Position numbers and translations under genes: made by a program
Notes under the pieces: generated by a model
Told to the model about the DNA's origin: nothing
Database searches by the model: none
What the model saw: the letters and a program-made list of their open reading frames with translations, nothing else
Origin: Perkinsus chesapeaki ATCC PRA-425
Taxonomy: Eukaryota > Protista > Perkinsozoa
DNA: 64,000 nucleotides
Direction: 5' to 3'
NCBI GenBank assembly: GCA_013115145.1
Contig: JAAPAO010000061.1
Location: 34,615 to 98,614, forward strand
In this document: piece after piece, positions 11,384 through 23,685 of the stretch
How the letters are laid out: the number at the start of each line of letters is the position of its first letter
Position numbering within the stretch: the stretch's first letter is position 1

Positions 11384-12184
11384 TGGTGATGAGTATAATC
11401 AGTGTTATTCGATTGATTATGGACTATACGTCAAAGTCACCATCGTTTAAACGCACTTTGTTACAGTGTTCGCTCATCACCCGGCCTTTAGCATTATAGC
11501 CGGGCATATACGCTTTAACGAACTTCAATTACCGGTCCTAACAGCACTGTCTTTCGTTCGAGTAAAGTCGATTCATTGAAACATTCCAAGCATATATGAG
11601 GTTTCGAGAAGCGGTCTCTGACCTTCGATCATGCACTTTAAATTAAGCAAGCAGTCGTTCCGTGGCTTTTGATCTGCTACGCCGAAAAGTGGACCGGAGA
11701 ATTCGAGTACATATGAACGGAAGGGATCTCTATCTCAGTATCATGTTTCTGCTCAGTTGTTTTCTTGGCGACATTTGAATTATCAAGTGAATAATTACTC
11801 GTTCATTAATGGGGAAGGCGTGTTCGTTAGCCTCATTGGTGCACTTCAGTTGGTTTTATCAAGTTGTGTTTGATGACTAACGAACTATTGGCAGTTCTTT
11901 CCTGATGGTATCCTTAGTACCATTAATGAAATGAATCGGCGGCAAACAGGATGGCCAACAGTCAGGTCTGATCGTCAAATCCCTAGCTGGAGTTCCTTTG
12001 CAGGTACGGCAAGTTGAGGTCTGGCAGATCTCACTTTGCACACCTTATTGGATGTCACACAAGCGGAAACACCCAACCGTAAGGTCAACATTTTTCGAGC
12101 AAGGTTTCAGTGAAGCCTAGACTGCAGTGGCCTGCAGAATCCTCCAAATTATACCCTACTTCCTGTATTGCGACCAATCAGCAG

Positions 12185-14432
12185 CTATGTCCTGTAAGGT
12201 GCGGAGTATGCTATGATAGACCATAACCGACAGAAGTGACCACTAGAATACACACCGAATACGATGACAAATGAGAAAAAATCTCCAAGCAGAATGGCGC
12301 CCGAAAGGTGCCACCAGGTCTTGGAAACACGAGTACTCCTTTTGTACGTCGTACGAATCGCACACTCCTCTACGAATTCATTCAGTGTTACAGTAACACT
12401 GTAACTGCAGGTATTTTCATTAACTACCCAGACTGACCATAGGGGTTGTAGCAAGAAACATTGTACCATTGTTAAGATAGAGCCTAGCTCACCATTATAG
12501 TCCCAAGCTGTACTTGATCCATAGCCTGCGGCGCTTAGAAGCTGCAGAACGTATGCTGCAAGAGGGATTTGCGCTTTCCTTCTCAGACTCATCCGCATCC
12601 GAGGCTTCTTCAGACTCGTCAACCGATTGCGAATCATCTTCGCACACCTCCGCATCCGAGGCTTCTTCAGACTCGTCAACCGATTGCGAATCATCTTCGC
12701 GCACCTCCGCATCCGAGGCTTCTTCAGACTCGTCAACCGATTGCGAATCATCTTCGCGCACCTCCGCATCCGAATCTTCTGCAGACTCCTTCCCTGATTG
12801 CGGCTCATTACAAGCCTCCGCCTCGTTCACGCTGTCCGAGTCGATTGCTGTCACACTACGACGGGCATTACGTTGGGCATTGAACCAGGCAGTCCGAGAT
12901 CTCTCATTGACATCGTACTTCACGAGAAAGCTTTGCATCAGCTTGTAAGCATGCTTCTGAGAGGATTGACTCTAAGTTCACGAAGTTAATTACCTTTAGG
13001 TCAGAATGCCCTCTATGTACAGCAGCCATCAGTGGTACAAAGCAGGTCATAGCCAAGTAACCCTGATGGCCCCAGTCCAAAGGTGTAGAATAGACATGAA
13101 AGCTGGGAGATCTGAGAAAAGGATCACACCCATCACAGAGGCACCCTCATAATGGGCTATTAGTATACCTGGGCCAGAACACTCGGAGTCCCATCGTCCT
13201 GCCCGCAGACTGTACGCTGGCATCGCCGATGTCAACAACACCTTCCTCGAAATCACGTAGCCGGAAACACTCTCGAACACGTTGGCGGAGGTAATCATTG
13301 ATATTGCACACGAATTTGGTACAGCTCTGAATGTGGGGGTCGCGGCATCAAAGAAAACCAAAAATCTACTTACCGGGTTCCGAAGTAAATCCCGTAGACC
13401 CCTGGGAAGCCAGTTCCGCTTGATGATATATATGAAAACACCATCTCCGATGGTAGCAATTGATATCTAACAAGGCTACATTAAAACACGAACATCAGCG
13501 ATTACTCTTCGGAAAGTCACCACACTTACAGCTTGTATACCTTCGCGCCCTGAATTACACTGCACCCCTAATCCGACATGCGACTGAGAACGTCTGAGAA
13601 GGAAGAGTCACCACCATTAGATGTCCGCCAAACACATTGTTTTGGCAACCTCGTTCGTCTCATTGCAACTCTTCTGTATAACTCTTATGTTGTCTATATT
13701 AACCGTGTCTAGATAATGCATGTATTCGGGAACTCCCGGAGGAGGACGCAAGTTGTGCAGGCAACCGTAAAGCATTGCTAAAGCAGTGACTGGTATGAAA
13801 AAAACTACGCATGGAAACGCGGTGGTCCAGGCATGTGTATTATAACAGTGTGACATCTGTAACATGCGTATGCTAGCTTCGCGCTATTCCGAGCTACCCA
13901 GTTGAATATACGCTAGAGGCGACACCAACTCTGCGATCAACCCGTGAATCATGGGTCGTGAGGTTCCACCTGCTCAGGGTGATAGAATCATACTATCATA
14001 TGACATGATACATAAGACATGTCCTATGCTCAACAATAATTAACTCTGATTCGACGCTTCTAATTATTGTTCACTCGAGTTGTTAAGCTCACTGCTCTTA
14101 GCGCGACAGTAGTAAACTAGCGTCACTCCGTTACAGATTATACTAGCTTCGCGGCAAGGCCTTTGTGTTGTCATAATCACCAACATGTATGTCAGAAGGC
14201 CCTCCTTGTTGCTCAGTAGTTCAGGTACGTACGCGCACGCTAGATGTAACATAATGAAGAGTCTGGACGATATCAGACTTAGTGGTTGCGTGGGATTCGA
14301 TTCACACGTACATATTTCTGCTATCACAGGCTGGAACACCTTGCTCGGATGGTAATCACCCTGCAACGGATTGTGCACATTTGCAGTGATAACACATTTT
14401 AGTTGCAGAGTCAACAAACAAGCAATGCACAT
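12185..14432 (-). CDS. Hypothetical multi-exon protein with an acidic tandem repeat; boundaries uncertain
   Basis: Joinable exons give GVYGIYFGTR|CTKFVCNINDYLRQRVRECF...LRVFWPR|SPSFHVY; acidic exon 12495-12938; hydrophobic stretches near 12185-12450. Confidence 0.35.
12592..12773. repeat. 57-bp tandem repeat, about 3 copies (19-aa unit EASDAEVREDDSQSVDESE on the minus strand)
   Basis: Unit gaggcttcttcagactcgtcaaccgattgcgaatcatcttcgc(a/g)cacctccgcatcc starts at 12601, 12658 and 12715. Confidence 0.95.
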
Positions 14433-14816
14433 TTAACATTCAGCTATTATTCACTTACACCGACTTCCTCTTCTGAATTGCACAAGTAAGGTTTCCCTCA
14501 AGAAAGGCTCTTGTTTGTACTTAATATTGGCATCTTTATTGCTCGTGACATGATTATCCCCATAAGACGTACCACTCTTACAGCGTACGTCGCGGCTAAG
14601 GTTTCACTTGTTAATAACAAAATAACAGGTTGTTATCCATCAGTGTCCATGTTACTCTTTCACGCAACAAGGCAATGTACTGCGAACTGCAGGAATGCAA
14701 CATTTAGTTTAACACTTTATACTCTTCGTTATCTAAAACTGCTTTGGCTTCGACCATGTGGAGGAAGTACCCTAACAGACATGAAACTAACTCACAAGAT
14801 ACTAACTTACAGCGCC

Positions 14817-16442
14817 TTACTCTTGAGTTGGAATGCATCGCATAGTTTGCGGTGTTCCTGTGCCCCATGCTCCTGGGGACCCATATCCTGGAGGCTGTGT
14901 ATATGTCCCCATAGAAGGATGGCCATAACCAGGAGATAAATTAGGGGTAGTGGCCATCATCGATTGCCCACTGTATGTCGGTAGTTGTTGGGCAGTTCCA
15001 AAATGTTGCTGGGGTGACATCTCCATAGGATAGGGAGAGGTCTGACCATAAGGGCTCTGATACATCGGACCAACTGGCAGCTGTGGTTGAGACTGGACCA
15101 TGGGATATGATGGCCCCGCTGTCTGAGCGTAAGTCGGATAGTACGGCGACGAACCGATGAACGAGTGAGACGGGGTGTGTGGTGACGGTCCACCATAGGT
15201 ATGTGCCATCGGATGACTTGGTGCCCCAAACGTATTGGCAGGGGGCCCCCCATAGGTCAATGAAGGGGTGTATGGATTTGGACCATACCCCTCAGGACTC
15301 CTATCATCCTTCTTCGATGATGATAGGCTTGGTAGCTTAGGCACTGAAATAGAATAAAGCGTTGATGCCTACGTTTGTTACATTTAACTGTAAGGGGCCT
15401 TCGTGGAGGCAGATCCTTCATTTTGTCTGGTCGAAATACAAATCTCAAAACTTTGAATCTGTTGGTTGGGTGAATCAGTTCCACACACGGAGACACAACT
15501 TACGATAGAAAGCAGCATGCTTGGACAAATAGAAAAAATCCGATGAAGCCCCAGAGGGAGCCCAAAAGGACATCTAGGGGGTCCCGATCTTCCTGAGATC
15601 AAAGTGACTTCAACGAGCGAGCTCCGCAAAGCTGCTGATGTTGTCATTACAGTCTTAACCCAGTAGAATTTCTCCTTCAGTAATACGGTGGAATCGGGAT
15701 ATGACATAGACAAAAATGAAGAACTGAATGCAAGACGGTGATACTGTGAAAGCAAGGAAATGAGTTGGCCCAACGAGATCTTGATAGAGATGGGAAATTC
15801 ATTGTTAGCAGCACATAGCTGGTCATCATTAACAACATGCAGTAACATTATATCATAACCTAGGTTATGCTGCTCTTCATAAATTGAGTAATAGAATGCT
15901 CACTTCTTAGACGATACAAAGCGAATACACCTCTTCTTGGCGAACTTTAATCTGACAGACGAGAAGACAAACTTGAAACCATGCTTGAACGAACGGCTTA
16001 CAGGAAGAATAGTAATATTTCTATACCGAATATTAAGAGGATCCACACCACTGGGTTGTAGCTACGATCGAGAGCTTCAGCGTCAGTCTGAAATTAGTCT
16101 CAGACACTCAGCAACATGCCGCTTACCGTGAGAGTGCCTCTTCGTAATGTATCGCCAACGAAATGGAATCCAGGAGCAGACGGAGCACCAGCTATCCTCT
16201 CTTTGTAGTTACACATCCTAATAAGAATAATACGAGCCAATCCTCAGCAACACTACTTACTCGATTCGATCCTCATATACAAGATGAACATATCCGCTAT
16301 AGCATACGCATCTCCCAATAGTTAGATTGAAGCTACCACTGTTACAGGGATACCTTCCCTCTTCTAAAGCCTTCTCCACTTTAGCATACTCTTCCTCGGT
16401 GAGCTCTGTCGGTGGTCCCTGATTCCTGCGGGGTGGACTCAT
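14817..16442 (-). CDS. EGF-like + single TM protein (paralogue B) with long tail ending in a Pro/Tyr/Gly/Ser-rich region
   Basis: CNSGSFNLTIGRCVCYSGY; GAPSAPGFHFVGDTL; TM NPVVWILLIFGIEILLFFL; P/Y/G-rich exon 14817-15344. Confidence 0.55.
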
Positions 16443-16530
16443 CAAGTTGCAGCAGTTGTTGAATGTGAAGCAACATCACAATGCCGCATGTCAACGCAAG
16501 TCGCTCAATACAGCTGCGGAGTTGCCGCAG

Positions 16531-17292
16531 TTACTTCATACTATTATAAGCTACAATGAAGAGGCTCCATTTAGAATGGCATGCAGGGGAGCTAGTGTCT
16601 ACTGCCCAACGGGGGGGCGTACCAATCATCTTGTCATCAGCGCTTCTCGGGTCGATAATCTGAATGACATCATGCATTAGCTAAATAGGGTACCAGCGAC
16701 AAGGCGATATCCCAAAAGAGGCAAGCTGCTTACATCCAGGGGGAAGTCGGGCAATAACCTCCTCAACGCTAGGACCGCAGAATCTATCTCGGATAAATCG
16801 GCAACTGGAAACATGTCAGCCACGGTGATAGGGTCCAAGTGCTTACCAGATGAGCAGGCAACACTCGAAAATGAGCAGTGCAAAGATCCAGAAACGCATG
16901 TCGAGGATCTCAAGATGATCCGAATTCGGGAACAACTGATAAAAAATCGTCGCGAGCGAGCAGGTTCACCGAGGTACTTCATATTCCCCTGGATTAAGCC
17001 CATCCTCTACCCAGTAATACCCAGGTATCGGAGGAGCTGCACGATTGTTATACGCGCACCACCTAAGACAACATGTCCTGCTATTGCTAGTAATGCTCGC
17101 CTACAGGACAGAACCGTCATCGATCTGTATATGATACCACTTCGCATCACATTCACATATACCATCGTTATTCACTTTACCATGGTCACCACACTTATTA
17201 TTCTCTTCCCCTTCCTTGGCAAGTTGCCTTGTGTCATTCAGGAGACCTGCAGCAGCCTCGATGGATGTTAAGGGATAGATAGGCGGCGCCAT
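16531..17292 (-). CDS. EGF-like + single TM protein (paralogue A), short tail
   Basis: CGDHGKVNNDGICECDAKWY; AAPPIPGYYWVEDGL; TM MRFWIFALLIFECCLLIW; GT-AG introns give an open path. Confidence 0.55.
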
Positions 17293-17508
17293 GGTCCTGC
17301 TATTAGCAGCAGCAAAGGTGATTAATTAACCAATGACAATACATAATATTTATGAAATTAGAAACATGACTATTTCCAAACCATTTACTCCGCAGAATCC
17401 GTAAAAAATAAGCGGCTAGGGAGGATCACTCCTCGCATACATCAAATAGGTTATAGCTTGTATCAGCGATTGAGCACATATAAAAAACACCCCACAAATG
17501 AGCCTCAA

Positions 17509-20004
17509 CTATTCAACTTGTGGGCCTGCCTCTCTAACAGACTGAGGGCAACGATCCATATACTCTTGGAAGTTCTGCTCGAACAACTTGGCCAACTTCA
17601 TCAAAGTAGCATCGAACCTGATGCAATACAATTATTATCCTCCGAATCAACACATATGTATAGACTATACAACCTACTTCTCCTTATCCTCCCATCCGTC
17701 CTTTGGATACAAAATATTCTCGGGGACCCCAGGGAGGGATTTAGGTACCTATAAGCACTCCCGCAAGTCATTGACCGCCGTGACGATCGCCCAACCTTGA
17801 GGTTGAAGACCGGAAGGGTATCAAAATTGTCTTCGCCGTCCTCAATCATAGCCTTCAGTGTGCCATCGTGCATGGCGTCTATCATCTTACGAGTATACCT
17901 ACCACATGATTGACAAACAGCAATTATACGACATACTTACTTCAAGCTGCATCTTTTGCCTTCGCCGTATCCACCACCAATCCAACCGGTGTTCAACAGG
18001 TAGGCTGTGCCTGAAGTAACACAAGTAGATGTCGAAGGAATTATTATCACCTACATTTGTGCTTCTGAATCTTCTGAGAGAGCATCTCGGCATAGACCAC
18101 AGGATGCCAAACGAGGAAGGGAGCTCCGAAACATGAGGAGAATGTAGCGGTAGGCTCCGTGATACCCTGCTCAGTGCCTTATATAAAAACACCGCTAAAT
18201 AGGCTTAAGTAAGCGATACAGTTTTACCAGCCACCTTGGCGGTGTACCCAGATATAAAGTAATATTGTACTTGATCAGGATCAAGTACTGATACCGGTGG
18301 TAGCACGCCAAACGCATCACAGCAAAGCAACACCACATTCGATGGATGCGTGTCAACCTAATAAAAGACTGCCTACGTTGACAGACAGCTTAAAGTATCT
18401 CACAATAGCAGGAATGATAGCATTAGGGATATGACCCAACGGATAGGCACATCTAGTATTCTCTGTAACGCTGGTATCACGGTAATCGACAACACGCGTG
18501 TTGGAATCGAAGACAACGTTTTCGAGGACCTGCTCTGTACCATTGTATACCATTGTATAGCAGTGGATCCTACCGCTCCGAAGCGGATGGCATCGAAGAT
18601 TTCAGGCTCATTTTCGTGCGTGAGATCGATGGCTTTTGCGTAGCATCCGCCCTCAACGTTGAATACACCTGACAAAGCAAGTCTACGAGCTGCAGCAGCA
18701 CAGAGATGGCAGCTTACCGGTGTCCGTCCAAACATGCTCATCATCTCCCAATAGATCTCGATGAACATCGGCAGATAAAGTGGTCTTACCGGTACCTATT
18801 AGGACATATAAACCACTGCAACCTTGAGTGAATGCCTACCAGAGAGGCCAAAGAAAAGAGTAACATCTCCCTTTTCACGGCCTACATTACAGGAGGAATG
18901 CAGGGGCAGTTGCATCTTCATAGGCATTGCGTACCTAACAGAAAGATACGAGAGAAGAGCAACGGTATGAACGAGTTACATCATTAACGTGAGGATACCC
19001 TTCTTCATCTCCCCTGCGTATTCTGTTCCAAGAATGACCATCTCTCTGCGTTGGAAATGTACACAAACAGATGTACCTGAGCAAATGCCATCACGTATGG
19101 GAGGGGCTGTTGTACTTACTGCTGGTCATCCCAGAGGTATAGCGATTGGCCGGAAAACAACCAGCGTTGTAAATGATAAAGTCCGGGTGGCCAAAGTCCT
19201 TAAGCTGCTCGGGTGTTGGCATGACGAGCATGTTCTGCATAAACAGGGCATGGTACGCCCTTGACGTGATTACACGTATCTAGTAAGGGAGGACAACTTG
19301 AACATCACTGCAGCAGCAGCTGATGATAATCACTGGCTACTTTGATTCTATAGTTCTTATCCCAACCAGCAAAGGCATCAATGACATACAGCTGATCCCT
19401 AGTATTAAGATAATCTATAGCACGCTCTCGATTAGTTAAAAATGCCTCGTCCTTCAGTTTGATATTAACCTTAAGATACCATACAAATACATACTAACAG
19501 AGTAGCCTCCTCACCTTTCCCCACCAAATCTCATTAGTGAATGCCCAATGACCAACAGGGCTGTCAACTATACGCTTGTCACTGGGTGAGCGACCTGTTT
19601 TACGGCCACTACTAACTGCTAATGCACCAGTACTCGTAATGAACGAGCCTTTCTCGTGCTTTAAAGCCTGTTCGTATCTGAAAGCAGTTCTGACAATAAC
19701 ACGGCGGCATATGTCAGTCATTACAGAATCGGTGGGGCGGAGTTGTGGAAAATGGTCTCAACCTTGAGGCCTTGTTCATTCATCTCCTTTTCGAACTGAA
19801 CTTTGCTAGTAAACTGCGATAGATCGAACGCATCAGACTTGGACATCACCTGGACATCAAATAGCAACAACATAACTGCCCGTATAGGAGGTGTTATCAG
19901 CTTACAGGAGCGTCGGTATGACCGACATGGGTCTTAAGGTTCTGTTCTATCTGCTCTTTAAGTAGCTCAAGGAAGGTGTGAGGATCGTTTAGCATGTCAG
20001 ACAT
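17509..20004 (-). CDS. pckA: Phosphoenolpyruvate carboxykinase (ATP), multi-exon
   Basis: [24 protein letters not shown]; FFGLSG|TGKTTLSAD (Walker A); GDDEHVW; [10 protein letters not shown]; ENTRCAYP; C-terminal [18 protein letters not shown]|[16 protein letters not shown]...AGPQVE-stop. Confidence 0.95.
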
Positions 20005-20355
20005 TTTATAAGGCAGAGATGCTGCCAGTAATACTGATCGAGTACACATGCATCAAAGACGCCTAGAGCAGTGGCAGACATTTATGCACTAAATACAAAA
20101 CTAATGGTTAGACAGGAAACAATACAGGTGAACAACAGTAGTCTAGCTTATAAATCCACAAGGAAGAGGGGCTGCCGTCCAAGAGAAGACAGTAGCCTTC
20201 ACCAAATACATATTCCCACTACTGAAACCACACTATGGGGTTCTGTAGTGGACGATGGGCCAAAGCACGCATACTACGAAACGGAGATCCGCAAGGTGCA
20301 ATGTTAGTCGCGGCCGCCATACTAATCGATTGCAAGAGCTCTCTTTGCTGCACCT

Positions 20356-22667
20356 TTGGACCATATGCTGGCGTGGATGGTGAATTCCAGCATCATTATT
20401 TGTGATTATATGAAAGGACTAACATGTCGCTTTAGCTTTATCCAGCTCATGTTGTCTTCCGCAGCAGCGGTTGCAGCTAATCAAGGTCTAACAAATGGGG
20501 ATGATTCTGGACTATTATTAGGAAGTCATAAGAGGAGGAGAATTAATATTGAATCTGATAGCGAAGATGACTCTGACTCTGATGACGACAAGCCTATTGG
20601 AGTTAGCAACACTGTAATATCCTAACAGAAGCGCCTCGTAGAAGCCTTGATAGGCACTCAACTCGACCACTGCATCACCCCAGCCAGATGCAGCAGATGA
20701 GGAGGTCTCTAGTGGAGTTACGAGTGGGTCTAACCAACACAGTGTTGGGATGATATCTGTCGGCGGCTATTCTCAGCTGTTGGCTAAATCTCCATCACCC
20801 AATCTACGTAGAAAGTGCATCCTTTAATGACGAAGGGACCAATTAACCCTTTCATTGGAAGACACGAAAAGGATTTGTTAAATTTTCTCGAAACTTCATT
20901 TCCGAGAGATTTTAGACTAGCACATGCCTATATGTTAAGTATGACCCACTTAGCGTTCTTACCGTAGTAGTCTCTCCCTTTTACTGACTACTAGATTCAC
21001 ACTTCATGGGGTTGTAGTCCTCTCGTGGAAATACCATGGAATCTTCCTTCCAAGTCAATGCACTTTAGTGACCTGTCTGCTCTATTACACGATTACAGTG
21101 AGCTCTCTCAGCCCCCACGCCTCCTACCAACAATATTATAAAAGATGAGTCTATTACCCCAGGCAAAGGGGCACCTACTAACCCGATTGATTCAACATCA
21201 ACAACACCTGCTGCTGCTGTGAAGTCCCCGTCAAGCACTCCGGTAAAACCATTACCAATGGCATTCGCGAAGGATACATCGGTTTCCAGATGGCGGCTTC
21301 AAGCTCCTCGCCTGCGGCTGATCAGACTTCGACTGATGAGGATGATGATGACGATGGTAGTTCTGAGGACAGCGATCAACCTATTATGAGACGACGTAGG
21401 GCTGCTCAACGGAAAGTAGTACATGTGGCGGAGGAACCGGATCACATCTTAATGAATACGATAATTGCGCGGTGCAGATCTGTAAAGTATTATAACGATA
21501 GGTGGATGAGACTATATGGAGGAAGATGTCTCTCGACTTGTGGAGATAGTCATGTTGTTAGATTGCCACATAGATTAGATAACATCTTTCCTTAGTAGAC
21601 TGTAGGCTATGGTGGTTGAGCAGACAGACTCTTTCGTGAAGGATGGACAGTGTTGGGCAGCACCTTGAGTTAGGTGCTGAAGTATACTGAGGACGAGGAG
21701 TCAGAGGGAGAGGACGAAGATGAGGATGCTAGTGATGACGAGTCGGATGATGATGAAGAAGAAGAAAGAGAAAGTGACGATGGAAGTACTGAAATGGTTC
21801 TGTTGGGGAGAGTAGGAAAATTTTTAGGCTACTCGAATGATGCCACAACTCCGGCCCGGTCGGCGAAAGCTCGTCGGCGGACGCGTCCGAAGTCGGCTTC
21901 GGTGAAATCGGAGGAACGAGGGAAAAAGAAGGCAAAAGGGGAAGGCAAAGTGAAGCGGGAGGCCAGTAAGACGTTGTTGAACTGAGCACGACTTAGGCTT
22001 GTGAAAGGTGCTACGACGCCTGTGGCGAAGAAGAAAGTAAACCGATCAGAGAAGGAACAGCTTGTCAGCGAAGTTCTATGCCGTTGGTGGTGGGTCTCTT
22101 CTATTACATCTACTATTTCCATGTGGAGTATTACAGGTATGCCATGCCACCCTGGCCACCGGCTAATGTAGATTATGTGAAGGAGCTCACTAAGCAAGGG
22201 TTTAGGTGGTATCTACGATACGCACTGAAAGTTGATGGTGTCGTTCAGGGTAGTGGACCTTCAGGATTGGGAGGAAGAGGACGATGTTGACAGTCAAGGT
22301 CGCGGAAAGGTTTATGCTCTTTCTCAGGTAGGGTAATTGGCAAGAGTGGTAGAGTGGGCGAGATTTATATAGTTCCCCGGCTTGTACAGAGCATACGATC
22401 GACGGCTTATAGATGTCCGACCGAATGAAGGTAAACCTAGTTATAATAATCTTATGCGTCTGAGTACTGATAAACTGAAAGCCTTGCTGCGAGAAGGAAT
22501 AAAAAGTGAGTTAATGGCATACAGTAGAGATGACGAATGGTTGATTAGATCAACTAGCCGAGCTACGAGCCCAGCCGACCTTTAAGAGGCCTGGGAATGG
22601 TGATCAGGAGCTTGAGGCAGAACTTGTTGTTCGGGGTAAACGTCTAGGATTGAAGGACGGCAGATGA
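20356..22667 (+). CDS. Hypothetical acidic, low-complexity, probably nuclear protein (spliced); start uncertain
   Basis: D/E tracts and KRRR motifs; C-terminal region EKEQLVSEVLCRWW|YAMPPWPPANVDY...KALLREGIK; TGA at 22665-22667. Confidence 0.55.
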
Positions 22668-22858
22668 TGGTCGCCTCTTATCACCGTCGTCGGGTTACGA
22701 TATTTCACTGCAGTGTGATTGTGGTGTTTAGTAGTAGTAGTAGTAGTATCATCTACATTACTGAATCTATTACTCGAGAATACTGCGCCACTGGGGACAA
22801 CTCGAAGTTAATAATGACATTTGAAACGACAGTCACCATTTTTTAGTACGTTTGCTGG

Positions 22859-23627
22859 TCACACTGGTGCCACCGCCAGGCCGCCGTCCTCGCTTTTTGG
22901 GAGCAGTCCGTCTAGATGAGCTGCCGCCATCGACACTACTATCAGGTGGTGTACCACCGAGAACCCAGTCATCCTGAATACGACAACTAAGTTAGAAAGT
23001 GCATCGTAAAGTGGTACGGGAGAGTGGCCGTCTGCTTGGCTATCCTCCCCTAGGCTGAGCAGTTTGTTAAGCTCTTTTGATACATCCATTCGTAGCCAAT
23101 CTTGAACCTACCAAGCAGTACTGGAATGCAACGTCAGACGGGTATTTCAGACTAATAAGAATGACCGAGAGGACGCCCATCGAAAAGCCGCCTTTCCCAG
23201 CCTTTGGTGACACGCGAAAAGGATATGGTAAAAGCCTTGGGAGTTTTGAAGCCAATCTTGAGTATGCTGATTTTAGCTGCTTACCGATGTCTTGCAGAAA
23301 AGTGTATTGTCATCAAGCTCCCTGAGTATAAAGCCTCCTTTGGAACCAGACATACCATTTAAATGTCTGAGATAAATAATAACAGTGATGCAGCAGCAGC
23401 AGCAGCAGCAGCCAGGAACAGTACTTGCATATAGCTATTATAGCCATGTCACCCTTAACAACGACCCCCTCTTGAGGGCTCAGGATAGCCCTAGTCGATG
23501 GGGAGGGACCTATGTCACCGAAAGTAACGGGTGGTGATGCTGAGGATGATGTGGATGATGACGTTGGTGAGCCATATGGCGGCCGTCCTCCTCCTCCTGC
23601 CAGTGCCGTTCGAACTGGTCTCGACAT
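22859..23627 (-). CDS. Hypothetical spliced protein
   Basis: ATG at 23627 (MSRPVRTALAGGGG); exons joinable to ICK|HLNGMSGSKGG...HR|ILKIGFKTPKAFTISFSRV. End uncertain. Confidence 0.4.
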
Positions 23628-23685
23628 GGCAATAAAAACACTACGGAAGTAGAGTGTAGAATAAACGCAAGAGAAGGGTAAGACA

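Noticed and set aside
12592-12773. Possible CRISPR array
   Set aside because: The units are contiguous with no unique spacers, there are no cas genes, and the context is eukaryotic.
12514-12948. Plus-strand ORFs (144 aa and 104 aa) and the overlapping minus-strand 207-aa frame across the 57-bp repeat
   Set aside because: These are shadow frames kept open by the stop-free tandem repeat. The acidic minus-strand frame is the most protein-like.
22731-22748. (TAG)n and nearby (GCA)n microsatellites (also about 23391-23411 and 37808-37831)
   Set aside because: These are ordinary short simple repeats in introns or intergenic DNA.
23094-23108. CGTAGCCAATCTTG, a partial spliced-leader resemblance (similar weak hits near 1043-1054 and 42204-42215)
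   Set aside because: The matches are short or gapped, lack an intact 3' TGGCTCAAG end or fall inside other gene models, and are consistent with chance.
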